A DNA stretch of 64,000 nucleotides from Nisaea sp. (GTDB taxonomy: Bacteria > Pseudomonadota > Alphaproteobacteria > Thalassobaculales > Thalassobaculaceae): NCBI RefSeq assembly GCF_040217065.1, contig NZ_JAVJNX010000001.1, forward strand, positions 52,926-116,925. The letters are read 5' to 3'. The translations under genes were made by a program, and so were the position numbers. The notes under the pieces were generated by a model. That model had not been told where the DNA came from. It did not search any database and saw only the letters and a list, made by a program, of their open reading frames with translations. Below are positions 50,238 through 58,797 of this stretch, one piece after another. Position 1 is the first letter of the stretch; every line of letters begins with the position of its first letter.

Positions 50238-51155
50238 CTAGAGGCTGGAGCGTTTCAGTTTCGGCTTCTTAAGGCCCAGCTTTGTCTCGCGATAGAGGAT
50301 GAACAGCCCGGCGCAGCAGATGATGCCGGCACCCGCCATCACCTGGTTCGACGGAATATTGCCGAACACCAGATAGCCGAGGGTTGCAGCCCAGAGCATG
50401 GCAGTATAGTCGAACGGGGCAATGACAGAGGTCGGCGCCTGACGGAAGGCTTCCGTCATCAGAATCTGCGCGACGCCGCCGATGACGCCGACACCGACCA
50501 GCAGGGCGAGATCGACGGAGGTCGGCGTGACCCATTCGAACGGCATCACCATGCCGCCGGCGATCACGCCCGCGAGGGTGAAATAGAACACCGTCGCCGC
50601 GCTCCGGTCGATGCTGCCGAGCTTGCGCATGACCACCATGATGGCGCCATAGGCAAAGGCCGCGCCGAGGGCGAGCAGGGCATAAAGACTGATCCCGCTA
50701 CCATCCGGCGCAGCGGCCAGAGCCACCCCGGCAAAGCCGGTCAGCACGGCGGAAAGACGCTTGATGCCGACCTTTTCCCCCAGGAACGGGATGGCCAGCA
50801 GGGTGCCGAACAAAGGCGCCGAGAAGCTGATCGTGACGTAGGTCGCGAAATCCATCTGGGAGAGTGCGTAGAAGCCCGCGAACATGGAGGCGACGCCGAC
50901 GGCCGCCCGGACAAACTGCAGGTCCGGCCGGCGGGTCAGCAGCGCACGCCAGCCGCCCTGGACCGGCAGGTACAGGAACAGCGGCAGCAGTGCCGGGAGG
51001 CTCCGGAAGAAGATGATCTGAGACGTCGGATAGGAATCCCCGAGCCCCTTGACCAGAATACCCATGATCGAGAACAGGAAGACGGCGGTGAGCTGGCAGG
51101 CGATACCGCGGCCATATCCGGCGGGAGCGGCAACGACTGGAAGAGCGGTTGGCAT
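50238..51155 (-). CDS. DMT/EamA-family transporter
   Basis: 10 TM pattern, QIIFFRS, FLGEKVG, APFDYTAMLW. Confidence 0.88.
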   Translation of the reverse strand: MPTALPVVAAPAGYGRGIACQLTAVFLFSIMGILVKGLGDSYPTSQIIFFRSLPALLPLFLYLPVQGGWRALLTRRPDLQFVRAAVGVASMFAGFYALSQMDFATYVTISFSAPLFGTLLAIPFLGEKVGIKRLSAVLTGFAGVALAAAPDGSGISLYALLALGAAFAYGAIMVVMRKLGSIDRSAATVFYFTLAGVIAGGMVMPFEWVTPTSVDLALLVGVGVIGGVAQILMTEAFRQAPTSVIAPFDYTAMLWAATLGYLVFGNIPSNQVMAGAGIICCAGLFILYRETKLGLKKPKLKRSSL

Positions 51156-51414
51156 CGGATGGCTTCCCGGCACGGCGACGAAGTGTTCACGGTACGCCAG
51201 CAACCGCCGATTGAGGCATGCAAATACCGGGAGCCAGACGGCTAAGGATTTGGTAGCGCCTTAATAAACAATGAAAATTTGTCGCGCCCAGAATACCTCA
51301 GTCGCATTCTGGCTATTTCCGGGCAGCTTTGCCGGAACGCTTTACCCCGCAGACCACCATATGCGAGCCTTGATGCCGAACAGCTTCTCGATCACCAAGA
51401 GGAAGGAGTTCCGC

Positions 51415-51825
51415 ATGACCGCCAATATCAAGATCTACAATCCGCCGACCCTTGGGGCACCGCTCGGCCAGTATTGTCACATCACGCGCGTGAAGGCTTC
51501 GGAGTTTCTCTTCATCGCCGGATCGCTGGCGGCCGATGAGAACGGTGCCTCGGTCGGGGTTGATGGTTTCGACGCCCAGTGCGAACAGGTTTTCGGCAAT
51601 ATCGAAAAGGCGCTCGCAGCGGAGGGGGCCGGCTGGGGCAACGTGGTGCAGTTCACCACCTACCTCGTGCACAGCCAGGACATTCCGAAGCTGAAGGCAT
51701 TCCGCAAGCGCGCCTTTCCGAAGATGTTCCCGGACGGCGCCTATCCGCCGAATACCCTGCTGGTGGTCGACCGGCTGGTGCAGGAAGAGTTTCTCGTCGA
51801 AGTGCAGACAATCGCCGCTGTCTAG
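51415..51825 (+). CDS. RidA/YjgF-superfamily protein (lacks catalytic Arg)
   Basis: P.G.Y.H, LFIAG, YPPNTLLVV, LVEVQ; AAGGAG RBS. Confidence 0.85.
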   Translation: MTANIKIYNPPTLGAPLGQYCHITRVKASEFLFIAGSLAADENGASVGVDGFDAQCEQVFGNIEKALAAEGAGWGNVVQFTTYLVHSQDIPKLKAFRKRAFPKMFPDGAYPPNTLLVVDRLVQEEFLVEVQTIAAV

Positions 51826-52997
51826 CCGAGCCGGAACAGCGGCCGCAGCCGGACCCCGATGACATTCCCGGCCATGGCGACGAAAATCCAGACCCAGCCG
51901 TGCAGGCTGGTCGAGGATATACCGGCGAAGAACGCCCCGATATTGCAGCCGTAGGCCAGCCGGGCGCCGTAGCCAAGCATCAGCCCGCCAATGACGGCCG
52001 CGAGGAAAGGCCGCCAGCCCATGCGCAGGTTCGGCGCCACCTTGCCCGCGAGGGATGCCGCCATCCCGGCGCCGAGAATGATCGCGATGTTCATCAGCGA
52101 CGTTGCTTCCATCAGCAAATCCGCCCGCAGTGCGCCCTGCCGCCAGGCCGGTTGCCAGAAGGTACTGCTTGCCGGATCCCAGCCGAGTGCCATTGCGACC
52201 TTGGCACCCCACAGCGTGAAGCCCCATGTCACTCCCCAGGGGAAACCTTTTGCCAGCAAGGTGGCAAAGCCGAGCAACGCCAGCATGATCGCGCCGAGCA
52301 GCAACGGCCAGGGACCATGAACGAGTGTGCGCCAGTTCAGCGCCGTCGCGCCGCCCCAGAGCGGCTGCCTGATCCGCGCACCCCAGAGCCAGAGAGCGCC
52401 GAGAATGGCGCCAAGCATGGCGAGCTGCAACGCGACGCCGCCCGTATAGCCAAACTCCCGGCCGAGAGAGACCGCACCCAGACTGGGCAGCGCGCGCCAG
52501 AAGGGCAGGTCGAGCGTTCCCCAAAAAGAGCCGGCACAGAAGAACACCAGCACCACGATCATCCGGACATTGCCGCCACCGGCGGTAAAGAGCGTGCCCG
52601 AGGCACAACCGCCCGCGAGCTGCATGCCAAGACCGAAGATGAAGGCGCCGGCAACGAGGGAGACATTGAGCGGCGCGATCGCCGGTCCCGCTTTCAGCCC
52701 GAAGGCGCCACCCGCGCTCAGCACTGGCGCGAACAGGATCATGGCAATTGCCAGCATGACTGCCTGGGCGACGATGCCGCTCAGATCGCGCTCCACCAGC
52801 AATTTGCGATAGGCGCCGGTAAAACCGAACGCGGCGTGATACAGCGAGACACCAAGCCCGCAGCCGATCGCCAGCATCGCCACACGGCGCCAGTCCGCAT
52901 ATTGCAAATGCAGGGCGGCAATCGCAAGAGTCGCGACCGCAAGAGCCAGGAAAAGCGACCGCTGCGGTGCGGAAACAGAGGGGATTGCGAGACTCAT
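51822..52997 (-). CDS. YeeE/YedE (TsuA-like) sulfur-compound transporter
   Basis: FGLGMQLAGGCASG, GARLAYGCNIG. Confidence 0.9.
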   Translation of the reverse strand: MSLAIPSVSAPQRSLFLALAVATLAIAALHLQYADWRRVAMLAIGCGLGVSLYHAAFGFTGAYRKLLVERDLSGIVAQAVMLAIAMILFAPVLSAGGAFGLKAGPAIAPLNVSLVAGAFIFGLGMQLAGGCASGTLFTAGGGNVRMIVVLVFFCAGSFWGTLDLPFWRALPSLGAVSLGREFGYTGGVALQLAMLGAILGALWLWGARIRQPLWGGATALNWRTLVHGPWPLLLGAIMLALLGFATLLAKGFPWGVTWGFTLWGAKVAMALGWDPASSTFWQPAWRQGALRADLLMEATSLMNIAIILGAGMAASLAGKVAPNLRMGWRPFLAAVIGGLMLGYGARLAYGCNIGAFFAGISSTSLHGWVWIFVAMAGNVIGVRLRPLFRLG

Positions 52998-53016
52998 TGT
53001 ACCTACGATTCTAAGC

Positions 53017-53499
53017 TCAGTTTCCAGCTGTGGCCGCAGCCAGGATCGCCTCGACGTCAACATCGAGTTCGCCCCCGAGCGTGTCAAGCGCCGGCACCTT
53101 GTAGGCGCCGAAAACGTGGGATGGCAACCGATAGGTCGCGACAGCCGATCCGTCAGGGGCCTCGGTGACATAGATCCGGATCGGCGCCTCGATCCCCGCC
53201 GCTTCCGAAGCGGCGAGCATGCGCACCGCGTAAGCCGGCTTGAAGAAGAAGAACACCCTGTTGCCGGGGATCGTGACGCCCTGGGATTTCGCCGCGCAGG
53301 TGGCGCAGGCGACACCGACAATGTTGAAACCCCGGCTCTTGATCGCAGAGGAGAGCGCCTTCACGAAGCCGCCGAACGGCTTGCCCGTCGCGACGATCAC
53401 CATTCCGGAATAGGGCTTCGCCACTTCCGCTCTGGTCGTGCCGGCGGCCAGAACCAGAACCAGAATGACAGCAAGCAGAACGGGACGCAGCCGGACCAT
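53017..53499 (-). CDS. Exported DUF302-like protein with CxxC motif
   Basis: Signal peptide; F..FV..L..AIK..GF, FFKPAYA...L, APIRIYV.E; VACATC. Confidence 0.8.
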   Translation of the reverse strand: MVRLRPVLLAVILVLVLAAGTTRAEVAKPYSGMVIVATGKPFGGFVKALSSAIKSRGFNIVGVACATCAAKSQGVTIPGNRVFFFFKPAYAVRMLAASEAAGIEAPIRIYVTEAPDGSAVATYRLPSHVFGAYKVPALDTLGGELDVDVEAILAAATAGN

Positions 53500-53587
53500 G
53501 ATGTTCCTCCCTGACCGTTGAATTTACGACCGGAGTGCCATGAATCCGCCCTCTCGGGAAATAAACATGCCGTGACGCGCGGAAAAA

Positions 53588-54001
53588 CTACTGCAGGAGC
53601 CGCGGCGCCGGCATGTCCGCCGCCGAACCGGTTTCCCCCGCCACCGGTCCGGCCTGGTGATGGACCAGAACCCAGCGTCCATTCTCCAGCGCGAAAATAT
53701 TTGTCGCACTCAGCATCTCGCCGCCGGACTGCTCGAAACAGACGACGATGGCCAGGTCTTCACTCAACAAATGGATTTTCGGCTCGAGGCACTGCAGCGA
53801 GGACCTGACCGGGCTGGACAGGATCCGTGCCCAGCTCGCAATCACGGCATCCCTGCCGAACAGCGGCGTGCCGCCCGGGTGAATGCAGCTGACATGCATC
53901 TCCGAGGCCCACAGGCTTGCCATTGCCGTCAGGTCACGGGTGGTGAAGGCCGTATAGAAAGCCTCGTTCCGGATCAGTATGTCTGTCTGCCGGGCTCGCA
54001 T
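53588..54001 (-). CDS. SnoaL/NTF2-like protein
   Basis: NEAFY.AF...D...M..LW, CIHPG, ATNIF...WVLVHH. Confidence 0.85.
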   Translation of the reverse strand: MRARQTDILIRNEAFYTAFTTRDLTAMASLWASEMHVSCIHPGGTPLFGRDAVIASWARILSSPVRSSLQCLEPKIHLLSEDLAIVVCFEQSGGEMLSATNIFALENGRWVLVHHQAGPVAGETGSAADMPAPRLLQ

Positions 54002-54041
54002 GGCAGCTATCCTTGCTCCTGTCGCGCCCTGAAGAAGATCT

Positions 54042-54788
54042 TCAGTAGGTCGCGCGTCCTCCTGAGCAATCGAATACGCCACCGGTACTGAAGCTGCAAT
54101 CCTCGGAGCTCAGCCAGGCTACGAGATTGGCGATTTCATCGACCTGGCCGAACCGCTTCATCGGGATTTTCGAAAGCATGAAATTGATATGCTCCTCGGT
54201 CATCTGATCGAAGATATCGGTTTTCACTGCCGCCGGGGTCACGCAATTGACGGTGACGCCGGATTCCGCCAGCTCCTTGCCGAGCGACTTGGTCAGGCCG
54301 ATCACGCCGGCCTTGGCCGCGCTGTAGGCGGGCGCATTGGGGTTGCCTTCCTTGCCGGCCACCGAGGCGATATTGACGATGCGGCCGTAATTGTTGCGCA
54401 GCATGTAGGGCACCGCCGCCCGGCAGCACAGGAAGGTGCCGTTCAGGTCGATATCGATCACCCGGCGCCAGTCGGCGACGCCATATTGCCAGGTCGGCAC
54501 GTTCGGGCCGGTGATGCCGGCACTGTTGACCATGATATCGAGGCGCCCGAACTCCCGCTCGACCTCCGCCGCCGACCGGTCGACGGCGGAATCGTTCGTG
54601 ATGTCGACCACGGACGTATGGATGTTGCCGCCCAGTTCGGCGGCGGTCTCCGCCAGCTTGTCACCGTCCGTATCCCACAGGCTGACGGAGGCGCCGGAGG
54701 CGGCAAGACGGGCTGCAACCGCCTTGCCGATACCGCGTGCGCCGCCGGTGACCACGGCGGCACGTTTTGTGAAATCGTAACTCACCAT
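54042..54788 (-). CDS. SDR oxidoreductase, 2-keto-3-deoxy sugar-acid dehydrogenase (LRA5)-like
   Basis: TGGARGIG, NSAGITG, ASVAGKEGNPNA.AYSAAK, C-terminal SGGRATY; adjacent to FAH gene. Confidence 0.85.
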   Translation of the reverse strand: MVSYDFTKRAAVVTGGARGIGKAVAARLAASGASVSLWDTDGDKLAETAAELGGNIHTSVVDITNDSAVDRSAAEVEREFGRLDIMVNSAGITGPNVPTWQYGVADWRRVIDIDLNGTFLCCRAAVPYMLRNNYGRIVNIASVAGKEGNPNAPAYSAAKAGVIGLTKSLGKELAESGVTVNCVTPAAVKTDIFDQMTEEHINFMLSKIPMKRFGQVDEIANLVAWLSSEDCSFSTGGVFDCSGGRATY

Positions 54789-54813
54789 GGTCATCTTCCC
54801 TATTTTGACTGGC

Positions 54814-55662
54814 CTAGCTGTCGGCGACGCAGGTCTGGCGCTGCACGCCGAGACCGTCGATGCCGAGTTCGACCACATCGCCGGCCTTCAGGTATTTCGG
54901 CTCCGGCTTGAAGCCCATGCCGACACCCGGCGGGGTTCCGGTCGGGATCACGTCGCCCGGCTCCAGGGTGAAGAACTGGCTGAGATAATGCACCAGGAAG
55001 GCCGGACCATAGACCATGGTGTTGGTGTTGCCGTCCTGCCGGGTCTCGCCATTGACCTTGGCCCAGATGCCCAGCGCCTGCGCGTTCGGGATCTCGTCCT
55101 TTGTCACCATCCAGGGGCCGGTCGGGCCGAACGTGTCGCAGCTCTTGCCCTTGGTCCACTGGCCGGAGCGCTCCGCCTGGAATTCACGCTCGGAGACGTC
55201 GTTCACCACGCAGAAGCCGGCGACATAATCCAGCGCGTCGGCTTCGGAGACATATTTCGCCTTCTTGCCGATGACGATGCCGAGTTCGACTTCGTAATCC
55301 AGCTTCTTGGAGCCGCGCGGCACGACTGTATCGTCGTTCGGGCCGCAGATCGCGGAGGTCGCCTTCATGAAGATGATCGGCTCCGGCGGCACGTCCATGC
55401 CGGATTCGGCGGCGTGATCGCTGTAGTTCAGGCCGACGCAGATCATCTTGCCGACCTTGCCGACGCAGGCGCCGAGACGCGGGTCACCATCGACCACCGG
55501 CAGGGACGCGGTGTCCGCCGCCTTGATTTTCGCCAGACCCTCGGGGCTGAGCGCCGCACCGTCGATATCGCCGACAATGCCGGAGAGATCGCGGATCTTC
55601 CCGTCGGCATCCAGAATCCCCGGCTTTTCGGCACCCGGTGCGCCATACCGCAACAGCTTCAT
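54814..55662 (-). CDS. Fumarylacetoacetate hydrolase family protein (LRA6-like)
   Basis: MKLLRYG, CVGLNYSDHAAE, DYEVELG, NDVSERE, KGKSCDTF, TGTPPGVG. Confidence 0.9.
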   Translation of the reverse strand: MKLLRYGAPGAEKPGILDADGKIRDLSGIVGDIDGAALSPEGLAKIKAADTASLPVVDGDPRLGACVGKVGKMICVGLNYSDHAAESGMDVPPEPIIFMKATSAICGPNDDTVVPRGSKKLDYEVELGIVIGKKAKYVSEADALDYVAGFCVVNDVSEREFQAERSGQWTKGKSCDTFGPTGPWMVTKDEIPNAQALGIWAKVNGETRQDGNTNTMVYGPAFLVHYLSQFFTLEPGDVIPTGTPPGVGMGFKPEPKYLKAGDVVELGIDGLGVQRQTCVADS

Positions 55663-55773
55663 GAGGGTTATTCCTTCCCTTAGCGTTTTTCTGATTTGCA
55701 ACCTATTAAGGACGGCAGCGAGGTTTGCAACCGGATAACGGCGAGTCAAGCTCCGGTCCAGATCAGGAGGAAC

Positions 55774-56697
55774 ATGATGATGAGTGAGACTGCAGTGCTG
55801 GCTCTGGATTGGGGGACCACCCGGTTGCGGGCATTCCGCATGGCGGAAGACGGTAGCGTCCTCGAACGGCGCGATGCCCCCGCAGGAATCCGGGCAATCG
55901 ACGATGGGGACTTCGAGGATGCCTTTCACACAATCATCGGCGACTGGCTTCCGCCCGCCGGCGCAGACGCGCCCCTGATCATCCTCGGCGGCATGATCGG
56001 CAGCCGGCAGGGCTGGTTCGAGGCGCCCTACATACCCTGCCCGGCCGATCCGGAAAGTCTTGCCGATCACGCCATCGCCGCCCGAACGGAATCCGGCCAC
56101 GCTCTCTGGATCGCGCCCGGCCTCTCTCTCTCGCAGGACGGGCGTGCCGATGTGATGCGGGGCGAGGAGCTGCAGATCTTCGGGGCGCTCGCGCAGCTCG
56201 GGCCGGGACGCCATCTGCTTTGCCTGCCCGGAACCCACAGCAAGTGGGCCTGGCTCGAAGACGGGATCATCAAGGATTTCCGTACCTACATGACGGGCGA
56301 GCTATTCGATGTGTTGCGACGGCACTCGATCCTCGGCGCCACCATCGAACATGCCGTCTGGTCCGACGCCGGATTCGAAAAGGGGCTGGCCGCCGTCCGG
56401 TCGGATGCCGGGCTGCTGGCCCACCTCTTTACCGTGCGTGCCGGCGCATTGCTGGAAACTCTGCCCGTCGACGAAACCGGCAGTTTTCTCTCCGGCCTGC
56501 TGATCGGCAGCGAGGTGGCATCAGCGGTCCGCGATCTCGCGCCCGGATCAGAGGTTTGCATAATCGGCAACCCTGACCTCACCGATCTCTGCACCCGGGC
56601 GGTGACGCAGCATGGTATACGCTGTCGCCAACTGGGAGAGTACACAGGCGCGCACGGCCTTTTCCGACTTGCCGAAGGGCTGCGGACGAGACGTTAG
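55774..56697 (+). CDS. dgoK: 2-dehydro-3-deoxygalactonokinase
   Basis: LDWGTTRLRA, GMIGSRQGW.E.PY, DVMRGEE, LPGTHSKW, MTGELF. Confidence 0.92.
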   Translation: MMMSETAVLALDWGTTRLRAFRMAEDGSVLERRDAPAGIRAIDDGDFEDAFHTIIGDWLPPAGADAPLIILGGMIGSRQGWFEAPYIPCPADPESLADHAIAARTESGHALWIAPGLSLSQDGRADVMRGEELQIFGALAQLGPGRHLLCLPGTHSKWAWLEDGIIKDFRTYMTGELFDVLRRHSILGATIEHAVWSDAGFEKGLAAVRSDAGLLAHLFTVRAGALLETLPVDETGSFLSGLLIGSEVASAVRDLAPGSEVCIIGNPDLTDLCTRAVTQHGIRCRQLGEYTGAHGLFRLAEGLRTRR

Positions 56698-56716
56698 CGG
56701 TGCGCAGCATGAAGGG

Positions 56717-57634
56717 ATGGGAATGACTCCGAATGTCACCTTTCTCGGCATCGGACGGATGGGCCTTGGCATGGCCACCAACATCGCCCGCGCCGGATTT
56801 CCGCTGACTGTCTGGAACCGCACGCCGGGCAAGACAGAGCCGCTCGCCAGCCTCCATGCCAGCATTGCCGAGAGTGCGCCGGAAGCGGTCGCCACCGCCG
56901 ATATCGTCTGCACCAGTGTCACTGACGCGAATGCGGTCCGGGAGATCCTGTTCGAGCGCGGCGTCGCCGACGCGATGCGGCCGGGCACAATTTTCTGCGA
57001 CATGAGCTCCATCGCTCCCCAGGCCGAGCAGGAGTTCGACACCGAGCTCACCAAGCGCGGTATTCGCCATCTCGATGCGCCGGTCTCCGGCGGCACCCAG
57101 GGCGCCGAACTTGGCAGCCTGGCGATCATGGTCGGTGGCGAGAAAGACACGTTCGTCGAGGCGACCCCGGTGCTTGCCGCCATGGGACGCCCGTTCCGGG
57201 TGGGTCCCTGCGGTTCCGGACAGCTCACCAAACTCTGTAACCAGGTGATCGTGGCAATTTCGATTGCCGGGCTTTCCGAAGCCATGCTGCTGGCCGAAGC
57301 CGGCGGCGCCGATCCCGCAGCGGTGCGCGATGCCCTGCGCGGCGGTTTCGCCGAAAGCCGCGTGCTGCAGGAACACGGCAGCCGGATGATCCAGCGCAAC
57401 TGGGGGCCGGGCGCACAGGTCCAGAACATGCTGAAGGATCTCGACACGGTCCTGCGCACGGCCAGGGAATGCGGCCTCGACCTGCCCTTCCTGACGATTG
57501 CCCGCGACCTTTACAGCTCTCTCACAGGACGCGGGCTTGGTGGCTATGACCAGGCATCTTTGCTGCTTGAAATGGAGCACCGCAACGAGCCGCACCGGGT
57601 TGGCGACAACCCGGATTCCGGACCGGAGAACTAG
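56717..57634 (+). CDS. NAD(P)-dependent beta-hydroxyacid dehydrogenase (HIBADH/tartronate semialdehyde reductase family)
   Basis: GIGRMG, DAPVSGG, GSGQLTKLCNQ, MLKDL. Confidence 0.9.
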   Translation: MGMTPNVTFLGIGRMGLGMATNIARAGFPLTVWNRTPGKTEPLASLHASIAESAPEAVATADIVCTSVTDANAVREILFERGVADAMRPGTIFCDMSSIAPQAEQEFDTELTKRGIRHLDAPVSGGTQGAELGSLAIMVGGEKDTFVEATPVLAAMGRPFRVGPCGSGQLTKLCNQVIVAISIAGLSEAMLLAEAGGADPAAVRDALRGGFAESRVLQEHGSRMIQRNWGPGAQVQNMLKDLDTVLRTARECGLDLPFLTIARDLYSSLTGRGLGGYDQASLLLEMEHRNEPHRVGDNPDSGPEN

Positions 57635-58683
57635 GGAATAGCCTTGCGCGCCCGAAACTCGTCGAAAAGCTCGACGAACATCTCCTCGGAACGCACATAA
57701 TCGTGGAACCCCGCCATGCGGATCTTCAGCGTGTCGGTCATCACGTCCCAGTCCGTGCCGAAGACATAATCCGCAAAAGGCCAGGCGGCGATGTCGGCAT
57801 AGGGCGTATGCATCAGGCCCTCGCGCTCCACGATCCGCCCCCAGAGCGGCGCCTTGTCCGCCATGAATTCGGTGAGCGGAATGGTCTGCACATCCCCCAA
57901 CGCCATCTCGAAATATTCGGCGAAACGCGGCCAGACATTCTTCCAGCGGAAAAAATCCCCGTTGGTGATGTTGAACACCTCGTTCTGGGCGCTGCCGGCC
58001 GTCGCTGCCCAGACCATCGAGCGCGCCAGCAGGGCCGAGTCCGTCACCTGATAGACAGCCTCGTACGCACCGGGCTTGCCGGGGAAGCGGAGCGGCAGGC
58101 CGAGCTCCTTCGAGATCGTCGCGTAGACCGCGATGCAGGTGGTGATGTTCATCGGATTACCGACGGCAAACCCGCAGACAGTCTGCGGACGAAGCGCGGA
58201 CCAGGTCCAGCGCTGCCCGTCCTGGGCCTGACGCAACCAGCTTTCCTGCGTGTGATAGAAATTCGGCAGCATGTGCGGCGGATCATCTTCCCGCGCCGGC
58301 GTCTTGAACGGCCCAAGATGGCTGCCATAGATCTTGTTGCCTTCCATGAGCTGGACATGTTCCAGCACGGGAGAGACAGCCGCGACCAGTTCAACAGCAT
58401 TCACCAGCATGGCGAGATTGGGCGCATCATGCTCGGCCCAGGTCGGGCGGACCTGGAAAGCAGTGTAGAAAACATGGGTGACATCCGTCAGATGGGCCAG
58501 CTTGGCTTCAGCATCCGCCCGGTCGAGCATATCGACGGAAATATAGGATGCCTTGCTGGGGAAATCCGGAACCCGCCGGCTAACGCCGACGATATCCCAC
58601 CCGCCTGTTTCCTCAAGAAGCTGGATCAGCCGCCGCCCGATGACCCCCAGCGCGCCGACCACCAGTGCTTTCTTCCGACCCAT
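57631..58683 (-). CDS. PRISE-like (progesterone 5beta-reductase/iridoid synthase-like) atypical SDR
   Basis: ALVVGALGVIG, VTHVFY, EGNKIYG, PNFYH.QE, WTWSALRP, PMN...IAVYA.I.KELGLPLRFPG. Confidence 0.82.
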   Translation of the reverse strand: MGRKKALVVGALGVIGRRLIQLLEETGGWDIVGVSRRVPDFPSKASYISVDMLDRADAEAKLAHLTDVTHVFYTAFQVRPTWAEHDAPNLAMLVNAVELVAAVSPVLEHVQLMEGNKIYGSHLGPFKTPAREDDPPHMLPNFYHTQESWLRQAQDGQRWTWSALRPQTVCGFAVGNPMNITTCIAVYATISKELGLPLRFPGKPGAYEAVYQVTDSALLARSMVWAATAGSAQNEVFNITNGDFFRWKNVWPRFAEYFEMALGDVQTIPLTEFMADKAPLWGRIVEREGLMHTPYADIAAWPFADYVFGTDWDVMTDTLKIRMAGFHDYVRSEEMFVELFDEFRARKAIP

Positions 58684-58797
58684 GGCTTCCTCCCCATTAT
58701 TTTTGCGGGCAGTGTGAGAGCCATATCCACTTACGTCAACGCGCTGACTTTCGACAAACCGTCGGAACGGGGCCGCTCGGGGCAAAATAGGCCCTAG

